A stretch of DNA of 64,000 nucleotides from a virus (taxonomy: Duplodnaviria > Caudoviricetes): positions 139,499 through 203,498 of IMG/VR virus record IMGVR_UViG_3300014208_000027; one strand, written 5' to 3'. Below, one piece after another: positions 18,104 to 27,133 of this stretch. Numbering within the stretch: position 1 is the first letter of the stretch; each line of letters starts with the position of its first letter. The notes beneath the pieces were generated by a model, which saw only the letters and a program-made list of their open reading frames with translations, was not told the origin of the DNA and ran no database searches. The position numbers and the translations under genes are program-made.

Positions 18104-18910
18104 ATGAGTGGTTCACCATTTGGAGCACCTAGGTTTAAACAGAGTAGTAATGTTTTAAGTGGCGATGTTATTATTTCTGGCTCGTTAACTGTGTCTGGAA
18201 GTTTTAATGTTTCTGGTTCTTCTACTGGGTCGATGGCAGCAACTTTACCTGTTGCTGATAATGCTGTTGCCCGTTGGGATGGTACGAGTGGTTTAATCCT
18301 TCAAAATTCTCTAGTCGTCATTGATGATGTAGGAAATATTTCTGGTCCTACTGGCTCAATATCTGTTTTAGGAACTGCTTTAGATGGTGGTTCTGCTGTG
18401 GGTGTAATTTTAGGAAGTAGTGCAAGTTATATAACTTCTGGAGCAAAATTAGTTAGTATTCAAAATAGTGGATTGGAAAGAAACTATACTGATTATAGCG
18501 GAAGCCATACATATAATATTTCTAATTGGGGTGGTTATCTAAGGAATAATTATTTTAGTGAATTGGTTACATGTGCTACTGGAACACTCTGGACAACTGT
18601 TAATGTAATTCCTGCTGGAGCATTAAATTTAGGGGTAGGGTTACGAGTAATTGATAGTTTTGCTACGGCATCAAAATTATATTTAGGCGTATTGTCTAGT
18701 TCCTACAACAAATGGGCTATTGGAATGGATAGTAACAGTACTGTAACAAATTTAACAAGTTCTATGGCATCTGGGTTAGAGTTTTACCAATCTAATCAAG
18801 CTATAACGCTTAGTTCATCTGTGGGACAACAACAAAGTTTAACAACTACTGTAACAGGTAGTGTTCGAGTAGAGGCACGATATATTACTTTACTTCCACC
18901 TCAAAGTTAG
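18104..18910 (+). CDS. tail fibre-associated structural protein
   Basis: S/G/T-rich; DNAVARWDGTSGLILQNSLVVIDD fibre-type motif. Confidence 0.6.
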   Translation: MSGSPFGAPRFKQSSNVLSGDVIISGSLTVSGSFNVSGSSTGSMAATLPVADNAVARWDGTSGLILQNSLVVIDDVGNISGPTGSISVLGTALDGGSAVGVILGSSASYITSGAKLVSIQNSGLERNYTDYSGSHTYNISNWGGYLRNNYFSELVTCATGTLWTTVNVIPAGALNLGVGLRVIDSFATASKLYLGVLSSSYNKWAIGMDSNSTVTNLTSSMASGLEFYQSNQAITLSSSVGQQQSLTTTVTGSVRVEARYITLLPPQS

Positions 18911-18919
18911 GAAAAATAA

Positions 18920-21016
18920 ATGAAAATTAAAGGTGGTAAAAGTAAAGGTGGAATAATCGTACCAACACCTGACCCAACATTTTCATTATTTGATTTTGAT
19001 AATAATCCTAATGGAGTAGAAAATTTAGATCCTGCGTGGACAGTTAACGGACAAACTGTTTATCCAGCTTTAAGATATAATGCTGCCGATGCTACGCCAA
19101 CCGGATGGAAGTCCTGGGGCTATGGTGGTCCATTGGCCGAAGCTGGGACTGGGGTATCTCCATCATATAATACGGGATCTCCATTCTTAGGGCAAAAAAA
19201 TGATGGAGTAAAATATAATGGCACTGGAACAAAATATCATTTAGGACAAGATGTTGTTCCAACGATTGGAACAAATGATATTATTATCGAATATGTTTTC
19301 AGAGCTACAAATGGTTCGGCGGGCGCGACCGTACCTGGATTGTTTGATTTGCGATTAAACACACTTACCCCTGGATTTACAGCTTACAAATCGGTAGGAC
19401 ACCACATAAGTGTTTTATATGGAACCACTGCGAATGGATTATTACATTATTTTACTTCTCCTGCAGTCTCCCCTGTAGATGGTAGATATGCTTATGTTGT
19501 TTCTTGTATGGATAATAGTGAGGGAGGCTCTGTAACTAACGGAATAAGAGTTTGGTTAAATGGAGTTTTTTCTACGGCAACATACGCACTGCTTGGTGCT
19601 GGAACCGTGGGTTTAAGTTTTTCTGCTGGAGAGAAATTAAAAATTGGTTATGTTGTGAATGCCGGTTCTGTTACATCTGAAGAATCTATAATGTATTTTG
19701 CAATGTGGAACAAGGCAGATTTATTTGCTGCTACGGGTGGGTCTTGGACCGAGATGGATACGTTTGTAGCAAAGAGGGCACAGAAACTTTTTGGGACATA
19801 TCCGAATCAATCAAGAGGGACGCCTTCTTTAATTTCTCAAAGTACAAGGAACTCTCTTGCGCATTTCGGGAAAATAGAATCGGACGGTACAACAAAACTT
19901 TATTCTGTTTCCAACAACTGGGCTAGAGTAGAGTCAAAAAAGAATGGAAGTAGCAGTTCTGTGGTTAAAGGTTTATTAATAGAGCCTGCAGTAACACAAC
20001 GAATTGCACAAAGTGAAGAATTCAGTAACGCCTCTTGGGCAAAAACAAGAAGCTCAATAGCTTCGACATCAATTGTTTGTCCTACTGGCTTTGCATCTAC
20101 CTATGTAACTTTGCATGAAGACGCTACGGCTGGTTCGACACACTTCGTAAGTCAATCTGCGGTACAGTTAATAACTGGAACACGACAGACAATAAGTGTT
20201 TTTGCAAAACCGATTAATAGAAATTGGATACAAATTGAAAATTTAATAAATCCGAATGCTTCTGCTTATTTTAATGTTTCAACGAAAACGGTTGGTACAA
20301 CTTCAGGATGTGTAGCTGGAATTGATCCAACAGTATATACAAATGGATGGGTTAGAGCATATATATCTTTTGTTGCTACTGCCTTAACTGGTTCTGCTAT
20401 TAGTTTTTATGTTGCTTCTGCCGATAACGTAAATTCTTTTGATGGATTAAATCAAGATTCTTTAGCCATTTGGGGTGCTCAATCTGAAGGTGGAACTGCT
20501 CAAATTTTTCCATCATCATACTTGTCTTCATCTGCGGCTGTTTCCCGTACCGCAGATACTTTTAGATATATTGGTAATGATGGCAATTTGAGTAGTTCTA
20601 TTGGGACTGATGTTTCTTCTTCAGGTACAATAGAAGCAAATATTTTTCTTCCTAGTTTTGACCTTTTAAATAATGCGTATATTTGTGATTTAACTGGATC
20701 TGGAACGAATAGAGTTTCTTTATATCTTAACCCAACTGGAGATATCTTACAAGCCAGTTCAAGTTTAAATAGTATAAGTCAATATGATGTGAGTGGCTCT
20801 ACCGATATTGTAGATGGAAATATGCATAGCGTAAAACATGTTTATCAAGTTAACAATGCAAGTATTTTTGTTGATGGTGCGTTAGAAGGTTCTCCCGATA
20901 CATCTTGTTCTTCTTCTGTAAAATTAGATCGCATTGATATTGGTCAATCATCTGCTCAAACCAGCCAGTTAAACGGTCTTATTTCTAATTTCAAGATCTA
21001 TGATCGTATCAAGTAA
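18920..21016 (+). CDS. LamG-like / carbohydrate-binding virion protein
   Basis: GLLIEPAVT..IAQSEEFSNASW, NGWVRAY, IWGAQSEGG and VSRTAD motifs typical of phage spike/fibre LamG proteins. Confidence 0.7.
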   Translation: MKIKGGKSKGGIIVPTPDPTFSLFDFDNNPNGVENLDPAWTVNGQTVYPALRYNAADATPTGWKSWGYGGPLAEAGTGVSPSYNTGSPFLGQKNDGVKYNGTGTKYHLGQDVVPTIGTNDIIIEYVFRATNGSAGATVPGLFDLRLNTLTPGFTAYKSVGHHISVLYGTTANGLLHYFTSPAVSPVDGRYAYVVSCMDNSEGGSVTNGIRVWLNGVFSTATYALLGAGTVGLSFSAGEKLKIGYVVNAGSVTSEESIMYFAMWNKADLFAATGGSWTEMDTFVAKRAQKLFGTYPNQSRGTPSLISQSTRNSLAHFGKIESDGTTKLYSVSNNWARVESKKNGSSSSVVKGLLIEPAVTQRIAQSEEFSNASWAKTRSSIASTSIVCPTGFASTYVTLHEDATAGSTHFVSQSAVQLITGTRQTISVFAKPINRNWIQIENLINPNASAYFNVSTKTVGTTSGCVAGIDPTVYTNGWVRAYISFVATALTGSAISFYVASADNVNSFDGLNQDSLAIWGAQSEGGTAQIFPSSYLSSSAAVSRTADTFRYIGNDGNLSSSIGTDVSSSGTIEANIFLPSFDLLNNAYICDLTGSGTNRVSLYLNPTGDILQASSSLNSISQYDVSGSTDIVDGNMHSVKHVYQVNNASIFVDGALEGSPDTSCSSSVKLDRIDIGQSSAQTSQLNGLISNFKIYDRIK

Positions 21017-21070
21017 CCTGTACGGCAACAAAAAAATAAAACCTTTCTAGTACTTTCTTCTAAGTAATCA

Positions 21071-21078
21071 CTACTTAA
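21071..21078 (+). promoter_or_regulatory. putative late promoter (variant)
   Basis: CTACTTAA upstream of the scaffold gene. Confidence 0.4.
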
Positions 21079-21118
21079 TGGAGATACAAGTATTTTATCA
21101 GATTTAGGAGAATAATAT

Positions 21119-22681
21119 ATGTCCGACCTTTTAGACAAAGCTATCGTGGATGCAAAGACTCTCAAAGAAGTTGCTACTCGAAACGCTGAGTCTCTTATAG
21201 TTGAAAAATACTCCAAGCAAATTAAAGAAGCTATTAATTTTATGTTGGAAAAAGATGACGAAGAATTAAATGGGGATATGGGAGGAATGCCGTCTGAACC
21301 TTCTCTAAGTGGTGATGATGGTGGAGCTATGAGTCCTGGTGGAAGTCCTGAAGGTATGGATGCTCCTCCTATGGATATGGGTTCTGATTCTTCACTATTA
21401 GGAGCTACATCATCTGAAACTAGCTTGGCCGATTCGCAAGTTCCTATGGCGGCCGGAACGAATGCTCCTGGTCAAGATGATATGGTGGAAATTGATTTTT
21501 CTGGTTTAGATAATCAAACAAGCGATGAACAAGGCTTAGAAGTTTCTCAATCTTTAGATATGGGCAATCCTTCTAGTGAAATACCTAATCCTCAAGAAAT
21601 GCCTAACGAAATGCCTACTGATTCTACAACTGGTGACCTGCCTTTACCGGGCGAAGAAAAAAAGAATGTTCCTGTAACGGAAAATGAAAATGATGGAGTA
21701 AGAGATAATTTAGTTCGCAAATTACAATATCATGATGAAATGATGAAATACTATTTAGAAGCATCTAAAAAAATTCCTACGAAAAAGAATGCTTTTGGAA
21801 TGAATGTTATTACTCCCGAAATTCAAGCACATAACGATGCTTATCGTGAGCATAAAAATGCAGCCGCAAAACTTGAAAATATTTTGACTGGGGATGGAGC
21901 ATACGATTCTGAAGGTATACCAATAGAAGGTTCTGATGAGGATATTCTTTCTATTAAAGAAAATGATGTTGTGCCTTCTAATAGTCCTCCAGCCTGGAAT
22001 GGTGGTGATACTGAACAAGATTTAACTTTAGAAGATATTGATGAAGGTCTTTTAAATGAACTTATGGAAGCATTTAAAGTAGGTTATGAGCCTGCTCTAG
22101 ATGGTTGGTTAGGTTCTAACCCTGTAGAAAAGCGAGAGTACGAGGATGGCACTAAAGCCGTTCAAGCTGCTCATGAGACTAGTGAGTCTGAAGAGGAAGA
22201 AAAAAAAGAAGATGAGAATGAGAGTTGGATGAAAGAAAGAGTAGAACTCCAAGAGTCACTTAAGAGAACTACTAATAAATCTAATAAAGTAGAAAAAGAA
22301 TTAGCGGTACTACAAAAAGATAACAGGGAACTAAAAAATAATCTTAAAGTAGTATTAAACAAGTTAAATGAAAGCAATATAAGTAATGCAAAATTATTGT
22401 ATACGAATCGTACTCTAGAAAACTCCTCACTGAATGAGCGACAAAAGAAAGTTTTTGTTGAACAGTTATCTAAAGTTGATTCTGTAGAACAAGCGAAGGT
22501 GATTTATGAAACACTTAATTTAACGGGTCTTACTGGTAAATCTAGTAAGCCACAATCGCTAAATGAAATAGTTTCTAAACCTTCAATGACTTCTCTACTC
22601 ACGCGCCAACATGAAGAGAAGAAAATATCCGACCCTCTAAAGGACAGGATGAGAGTATTGGCAGGCATAGGCAAAAAATAA
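21119..22681 (+). CDS. prohead core scaffold protein (gp22-like)
   Basis: Acidic, low-complexity and coiled coil; SNAKLLYTNR..LNERQK..AKVIYETL; directly upstream of MCP. Confidence 0.8.
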   Translation: MSDLLDKAIVDAKTLKEVATRNAESLIVEKYSKQIKEAINFMLEKDDEELNGDMGGMPSEPSLSGDDGGAMSPGGSPEGMDAPPMDMGSDSSLLGATSSETSLADSQVPMAAGTNAPGQDDMVEIDFSGLDNQTSDEQGLEVSQSLDMGNPSSEIPNPQEMPNEMPTDSTTGDLPLPGEEKKNVPVTENENDGVRDNLVRKLQYHDEMMKYYLEASKKIPTKKNAFGMNVITPEIQAHNDAYREHKNAAAKLENILTGDGAYDSEGIPIEGSDEDILSIKENDVVPSNSPPAWNGGDTEQDLTLEDIDEGLLNELMEAFKVGYEPALDGWLGSNPVEKREYEDGTKAVQAAHETSESEEEEKKEDENESWMKERVELQESLKRTTNKSNKVEKELAVLQKDNRELKNNLKVVLNKLNESNISNAKLLYTNRTLENSSLNERQKKVFVEQLSKVDSVEQAKVIYETLNLTGLTGKSSKPQSLNEIVSKPSMTSLLTRQHEEKKISDPLKDRMRVLAGIGKK

Positions 22682-22718
22682 AAAACTGTTCTAAAAGAAC
22701 AAAAGGAGAAGTACAATT

Positions 22719-24491
22719 ATGAGTTCCATCGTACAAAGATTAACAGAAGGCGTCATTAGTCGTGACGTTAAAGCAGAAGGTCAAGCCCTTCTAGCTAAGT
22801 GGGAAAAGACTGGTCTACTTGAAGGTCTTTCTAGTGACCATATGCGTAATGGTATGGCCATTCTACTTGAAAACCAAGCTAAACAATTACTGAAAGAAAG
22901 CACTTCTATGTCTAATGGGGATGTGGAAGGATTTGCCGCAGTAGCATTCCCATTGGTCCGACGTGTATTCGGTAACTTGATTGCTAATGACCTCGTGTCT
23001 GTGCAACCAATGAGTCTACCTTCGGGTCTGATCTTCTTTCTTGACTTTACCTATAACGAAACTAAACGCGGCGCTGGTGCTGTTGCCAATGCTTCGCTCT
23101 ATGGGCAAGGCAAGGTTGGTTCGCAACTTACGGGCGGTGCCGATCTTACATCGCTTGATCTTACTAATGGTCTTCGAAATTCGGAATTAGGATTTTATTC
23201 GCTTAATAATGGTTATGCTAGCCCAACTGGTTCTGTTGCTGTTCAAATGACTCTCGTGGCTGCTCGTTCTGGTTCTGGTACTTGGTCGACTAACCAAAAC
23301 GCAAACGCACTTCCTACTGAGTATTCTAATAAGCAAGATGGCCTTATTTTGGGGGATGTCGATCTTTCTGGTTCTTCCATTGTGTGTTACACTGTTCCCA
23401 AGGCATCTTATACTAATTTGAATACTGAGAATCTTATTGGTATTCATACAATTCTAACTGGTTCTCGGTCTGGTTGGGTGCTGGTTCGCCGCTTAACTCG
23501 TGATTGCCCTGTTTCTGGTTCTAGCAAATTACTGTTGACCTACGCTACCAATAATTCGGGTAGTGTTGATACATCTAGTCTTGATGTTGGTACGGGTCTT
23601 TCTGGATCTACGCTTACTTTCACCTACCCACTTGCTGACGCTTTTACTGCTGGTGGCGCACTTGGGTCGACTCAAGGAACTTCGCCTTGGGGTCTTGAAT
23701 TTAGTGGGAATGCAACAGGTCTTAATGTGGACATTCCTGAAATTGACATCAAGATTGACTCGGTTGCTGTAACTGCAATCACTAAGAAACTTAAGGCTGT
23801 TTGGACTCCCGAACTTGGTCAAGATCTTAACGCATATCACAATCTTGACGCTGAAGTAGAACTTACTTCTATTCTGTCTGAGCAAATTGCTCTTGAGATT
23901 GATCAAGAAATCCTTAATGACCTCGTTAAGGGTGCTTCTGCTGGCACTTACTTCTGGAGTCGTCGGCCTGGTAAGTTTGTCAATCGACTGACTGGTGCTG
24001 ACGTGTCTGGTGGAACCAATCCTCCTGATTTCACTGGTAACGTATCAATGTGGTACGAGACCTTACTTGAGACGGTTAATGATGTGTCGGCTCAAATCCA
24101 TCGTAAGGTACTTCGTGGTGGGGCAACCTTCATTGTTTGCTCTCCTGAAGTAGCTAACCTTCTTGAGTTCACTGCTGGTTTCCGTGCTAGCACTACTGCT
24201 GATGAAGAGAAGGGTGAGGCTGGTGCTGTTAAGGTCGGATCGATTAACAAGAAATGGGATGTGTACGTTGACCCATACTTCGTCCGTAATCTAATCTTGG
24301 TAGGTCGTAAAGGTAGTAGCTTTTTGGAATCCGGATATGCGTTCTGCCCTTACGTTCCCCTACAAGTAACCCCTACAATCTTTAATCCAACTACCCTTGT
24401 CCCCACGAAAGGGGTCCTTACTCGCTACGCTAAACGCATGTATAGGTCCGATCTTTTTGGATTAGTTGTGGTGCTTGATTTACTAGGCTAA
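22719..24491 (+). CDS. major capsid protein (T4 gp23-like)
   Basis: FPLVRRVFG, VSVQPMSLPSGLIFFLDF, KLKAVWTPELGQDLNAYH, EIDQEIL, YVPLQ, TRYAK. Confidence 0.96.
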   Translation: MSSIVQRLTEGVISRDVKAEGQALLAKWEKTGLLEGLSSDHMRNGMAILLENQAKQLLKESTSMSNGDVEGFAAVAFPLVRRVFGNLIANDLVSVQPMSLPSGLIFFLDFTYNETKRGAGAVANASLYGQGKVGSQLTGGADLTSLDLTNGLRNSELGFYSLNNGYASPTGSVAVQMTLVAARSGSGTWSTNQNANALPTEYSNKQDGLILGDVDLSGSSIVCYTVPKASYTNLNTENLIGIHTILTGSRSGWVLVRRLTRDCPVSGSSKLLLTYATNNSGSVDTSSLDVGTGLSGSTLTFTYPLADAFTAGGALGSTQGTSPWGLEFSGNATGLNVDIPEIDIKIDSVAVTAITKKLKAVWTPELGQDLNAYHNLDAEVELTSILSEQIALEIDQEILNDLVKGASAGTYFWSRRPGKFVNRLTGADVSGGTNPPDFTGNVSMWYETLLETVNDVSAQIHRKVLRGGATFIVCSPEVANLLEFTAGFRASTTADEEKGEAGAVKVGSINKKWDVYVDPYFVRNLILVGRKGSSFLESGYAFCPYVPLQVTPTIFNPTTLVPTKGVLTRYAKRMYRSDLFGLVVVLDLLG

Positions 24492-24535
24492 TCTTTTTAG
24501 CATAACTTCCCTCCTATTTGACTATTTAATCTAAT

Positions 24536-24553
24536 CCCCCTCGAAAGAGGGGG
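24536..24553 (+). terminator. GC hairpin after MCP (terminator or 5' stabiliser)
   Basis: CCCCCTC-GAAA-GAGGGGG; the U-tract (AACTCTTT) is weak. Confidence 0.55.
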
Positions 24554-24611
24554 AACTCTTTATACTTGATCTTTTTGAAAATAGGGTATAAACTAAAAAT
24601 AGGAGAGTTTT

Positions 24612-25367
24612 ATGCTCGAAAAAGTAGACGAAATTGTAGGTGTAACAAAAAAATGCCGTGTTTGTAATGAAGAGAAATTATTAAAAGAATTTCATGTAGA
24701 TAAAAAAGCAAAATATGGAGTTAGGACTATTTGTAAAATTTGTGCAAATGAAAATTCTAAAAGAATTCGTGGAGAAGACGCGGAGAGAATTTCTAAGCAA
24801 AGAAAAGAACATTATGAATTAAATAAAGAAAGAATTTTGGAAGAACGGAAAGAGTACTATGAAGAAAATAGAGAAACAGTCAAAGAAAGAGTTTTGAGAT
24901 ATTATCAAGATAATAAAGAAGTTGTTCTTCAAAAGAGCAAAAAATATCAAGAAGAACATAAGGAAGAAATGAAAACATATAGGAGAGAACATCGCTTGGA
25001 AAATATAGAAGAATATAAGGCCAGAGATAAAAAATATAGTGAAGAAAATAAGGATCGCATTCGTGCTTATCGACAATCTCTTAAAGGAAAGTGGGTAGCT
25101 TATCGTACTACAGCTAAACGTCGTAATCGCCCTTTCGAGTTAACTTTAGAACAATTTGCATCTTTTTGGCAGCAACCTTGTCATTATTGTGGATGTGATG
25201 TTCCTACAATTTGTCTTGATAGAGTTGATAGTTCTAAAGGTTATATTTTTGAAAATGTTGTTTCTAGTTGTTTAAACCATAATAGAATGAAGTTAGATCA
25301 TACGACAGAAGAATTTATACAACTTTGTCGCGATGTAGTTAATTTTCACGATAAGAAATCCCCTTGA
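24612..25367 (+). CDS. free-standing HNH-type homing endonuclease
   Basis: N-terminal CRVC..CKIC finger, charged helical linker, CHYCG..LDRVDSSKGY..NVVSSC..HN..K. Confidence 0.8.
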   Translation: MLEKVDEIVGVTKKCRVCNEEKLLKEFHVDKKAKYGVRTICKICANENSKRIRGEDAERISKQRKEHYELNKERILEERKEYYEENRETVKERVLRYYQDNKEVVLQKSKKYQEEHKEEMKTYRREHRLENIEEYKARDKKYSEENKDRIRAYRQSLKGKWVAYRTTAKRRNRPFELTLEQFASFWQQPCHYCGCDVPTICLDRVDSSKGYIFENVVSSCLNHNRMKLDHTTEEFIQLCRDVVNFHDKKSP

Positions 25368-25392
25368 CATCTTTTCTTTCCCCTGCTATACT
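25364..25392 (+). promoter_or_regulatory. strong sigma70-type early promoter
   Basis: TTGACA-17-TATACT with extended -10 TG. Confidence 0.85.
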
Positions 25393-25410
25393 ATTTTTAT
25401 AGGTGATTAA

Positions 25411-25647
25411 ATGTCTTTAAGTGAAATTCTTGAAAATTTGCAAGTTCGTAACGGTTCTTTATGTTTCCGACCTTTATATTGGAAAGGTTCAGGAACTTCG
25501 CTTATAGTTGGTCCAAAATTAAATATTTTTTACGCACCTGAAGGTGAATTCTGTAAGGTTTGGATTCCTAATTTAATTGATTTAATTAACGAAAAGTGGG
25601 AAATTTGTTCTTTAATAGAAGTTATGAATGAAACAAATGTAGAATAA
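25411..25647 (+). CDS. hypothetical protein (paralog of 26044..26268)
   Basis: FRPLYWKGSG..W.P...DL...W.IC. Confidence 0.7.
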   Translation: MSLSEILENLQVRNGSLCFRPLYWKGSGTSLIVGPKLNIFYAPEGEFCKVWIPNLIDLINEKWEICSLIEVMNETNVE

Positions 25648-25660
25648 TTTTTTTCTTGCC

Positions 25661-25846
25661 TTGGAGAATGTTGTGAATAATAGAGTAGATTGCTTTTGTC
25701 CTAAATGTGGTAAAATTCGTCGTGCTTTTATGAAAGCTAATGGCAAATTAGAATTTCTTATGAGTCATTACTTGCCAGCCGGTAAATTTAATAAACGCGC
25801 TCCAAAATATTGCTATCGTCCTTGTAAAGATTGTTTAGCGCATTAG
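25661..25846 (+). CDS. small Cys/basic protein
   Basis: CPKC...C..PC..C; TTG start uncertain. Confidence 0.45.
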   Translation: MENVVNNRVDCFCPKCGKIRRAFMKANGKLEFLMSHYLPAGKFNKRAPKYCYRPCKDCLAH

Positions 25847-25859
25847 AAAGTATTTTATC

Positions 25860-26042
25860 ATGGAAAAGAACTTAATGGATGTGATTTGTCCTCATTGCGG
25901 TAGAAATTGTAAAGCTCATGGTAATAAAAGGGGTTATCGTTTGGTTACATCATGGAGTAGGTTACAATCTAAGAAACAATCTCATAGATATGTTTATAAA
26001 CTTTGTGATCATTGCGAAGATCGAAACATAGGAAGGTCTTAA
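25860..26042 (+). CDS. small zinc-ribbon protein
   Basis: CPHC...CDHC. Confidence 0.55.
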   Translation: MEKNLMDVICPHCGRNCKAHGNKRGYRLVTSWSRLQSKKQSHRYVYKLCDHCEDRNIGRS

Positions 26043-26043
26043 A

Positions 26044-26268
26044 ATGTTATTACATGAAGTTTTAAGTTGCGAAGATGTTCAAAAAGGTGTAGTCTGGTTT
26101 AGACCATTATTTTGGGAAGGTAGTGGTCAAGCTTTGAGCATTCACGGTGGTATTAAAATTGAGCCAAGTTTTTCCCATGATGTAAATTGGAACCCAAGAT
26201 TAGAAGATTTAAAAGGTGAATGGCAGATTTGTCCTCCTAGCACTGTTTTAAATGAGATAGAAGTTTAA
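26044..26268 (+). CDS. hypothetical protein (paralog of 25411..25647)
   Basis: FRPLFWEGSG..WNPRLEDL..EWQIC. Confidence 0.7.
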   Translation: MLLHEVLSCEDVQKGVVWFRPLFWEGSGQALSIHGGIKIEPSFSHDVNWNPRLEDLKGEWQICPPSTVLNEIEV

Positions 26269-26269
26269 A

Positions 26270-26500
26270 ATGATAACATTTTCTTCGATTGAAGACGCAC
26301 TTAAGGTTCAATCTGGTGATTTATTTTGGGTGAAGTTGCCAGAACCTTATGGTGAATATGTTCCTGCTGAAGTGTTAGATTATAAAACACAAGAATTTGG
26401 CGAACATGCTGGTGAAGTAGGTTATGAAATTAAACTTTGCTCAGGAACATATTGTGTTAATGTTTATAAAAAAGATTTATTTGTTAAGAGGATTCGATAA
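26270..26500 (+). CDS. small SH3/Tudor-like protein
   Basis: GDLFWVK...PAEV..Y.I beta pattern. Confidence 0.5.
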   Translation: MITFSSIEDALKVQSGDLFWVKLPEPYGEYVPAEVLDYKTQEFGEHAGEVGYEIKLCSGTYCVNVYKKDLFVKRIR

Positions 26501-26802
26501 TGGTTAAATTTAAAAAAGTTAAGGTATGTTGTAGTGAAATAGAAGATGTTATCTGCAATAAGTGTGGCAACTCTATGATGCCCGAGCATAATGTTTGTGG
26601 TTTGAACGCTGAAGTTACAGGTTGTTATGAGTCTTCAGTATTCAGTGATATGGATAAATATAAGTTTTCTATATGTGAGCATTGTCTTTTAGAAATTTTT
26701 GAAACTTTTAAAGTTCCAGTTGAATTTGAACATTATTATTTTGATAATTCAGATTGTTGGGAAATTGATAGTGATATGGAGGATTGTAATGACGTGAAGT
26801 GA
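26500..26802 (+). CDS. small zinc-binding protein
   Basis: CNKCG...FSICEHC. Confidence 0.6.
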   Translation: MVKFKKVKVCCSEIEDVICNKCGNSMMPEHNVCGLNAEVTGCYESSVFSDMDKYKFSICEHCLLEIFETFKVPVEFEHYYFDNSDCWEIDSDMEDCNDVK

Positions 26803-26862
26803 TTTATTTTTTATTGCCTAGTAAACTTTTTTAACCTTTAACCGTTTTTGAGGAGTTTTAAA

Positions 26863-27078
26863 ATGTCAAAGAAGAATCAACAACTTAATTTGCGAGATGA
26901 CCTTTCTTATTCTTTTGTAGGTTCTAAGAAGGCTTGGATGACTACTCGGCAAGCGTCTAATTGGTATAGCGTTAATGATCGCACTGTTCGTAAGTGGGTG
27001 GCTAAGGATCGGCTAAACTGGACAGATGTTGGTCTTAACGCCTCTCGATATCTTGTCGAAGTAGATCTTCTTTCCTAA
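26863..27078 (+). CDS. helix-turn-helix DNA-binding protein (excisionase/MerR-like)
   Basis: GAGGAG SD before the ATG at 26863; MTTRQASNWYSVNDRTVRKWV. Confidence 0.65.
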   Translation: MSKKNQQLNLRDDLSYSFVGSKKAWMTTRQASNWYSVNDRTVRKWVAKDRLNWTDVGLNASRYLVEVDLLS

Positions 27079-27133
27079 TAATTTCTTTTTCTTCCCACCC
27101 TATTTTTTTGTAGTTAATTGTGCTAGTTAGTTT

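Noticed and set aside
23060-23720. Ser/Gly/Thr-rich insertion in the major capsid protein as an intein
   Set aside because: No Cys/Ser...His-Asn termini or block B; more likely a surface insertion domain.
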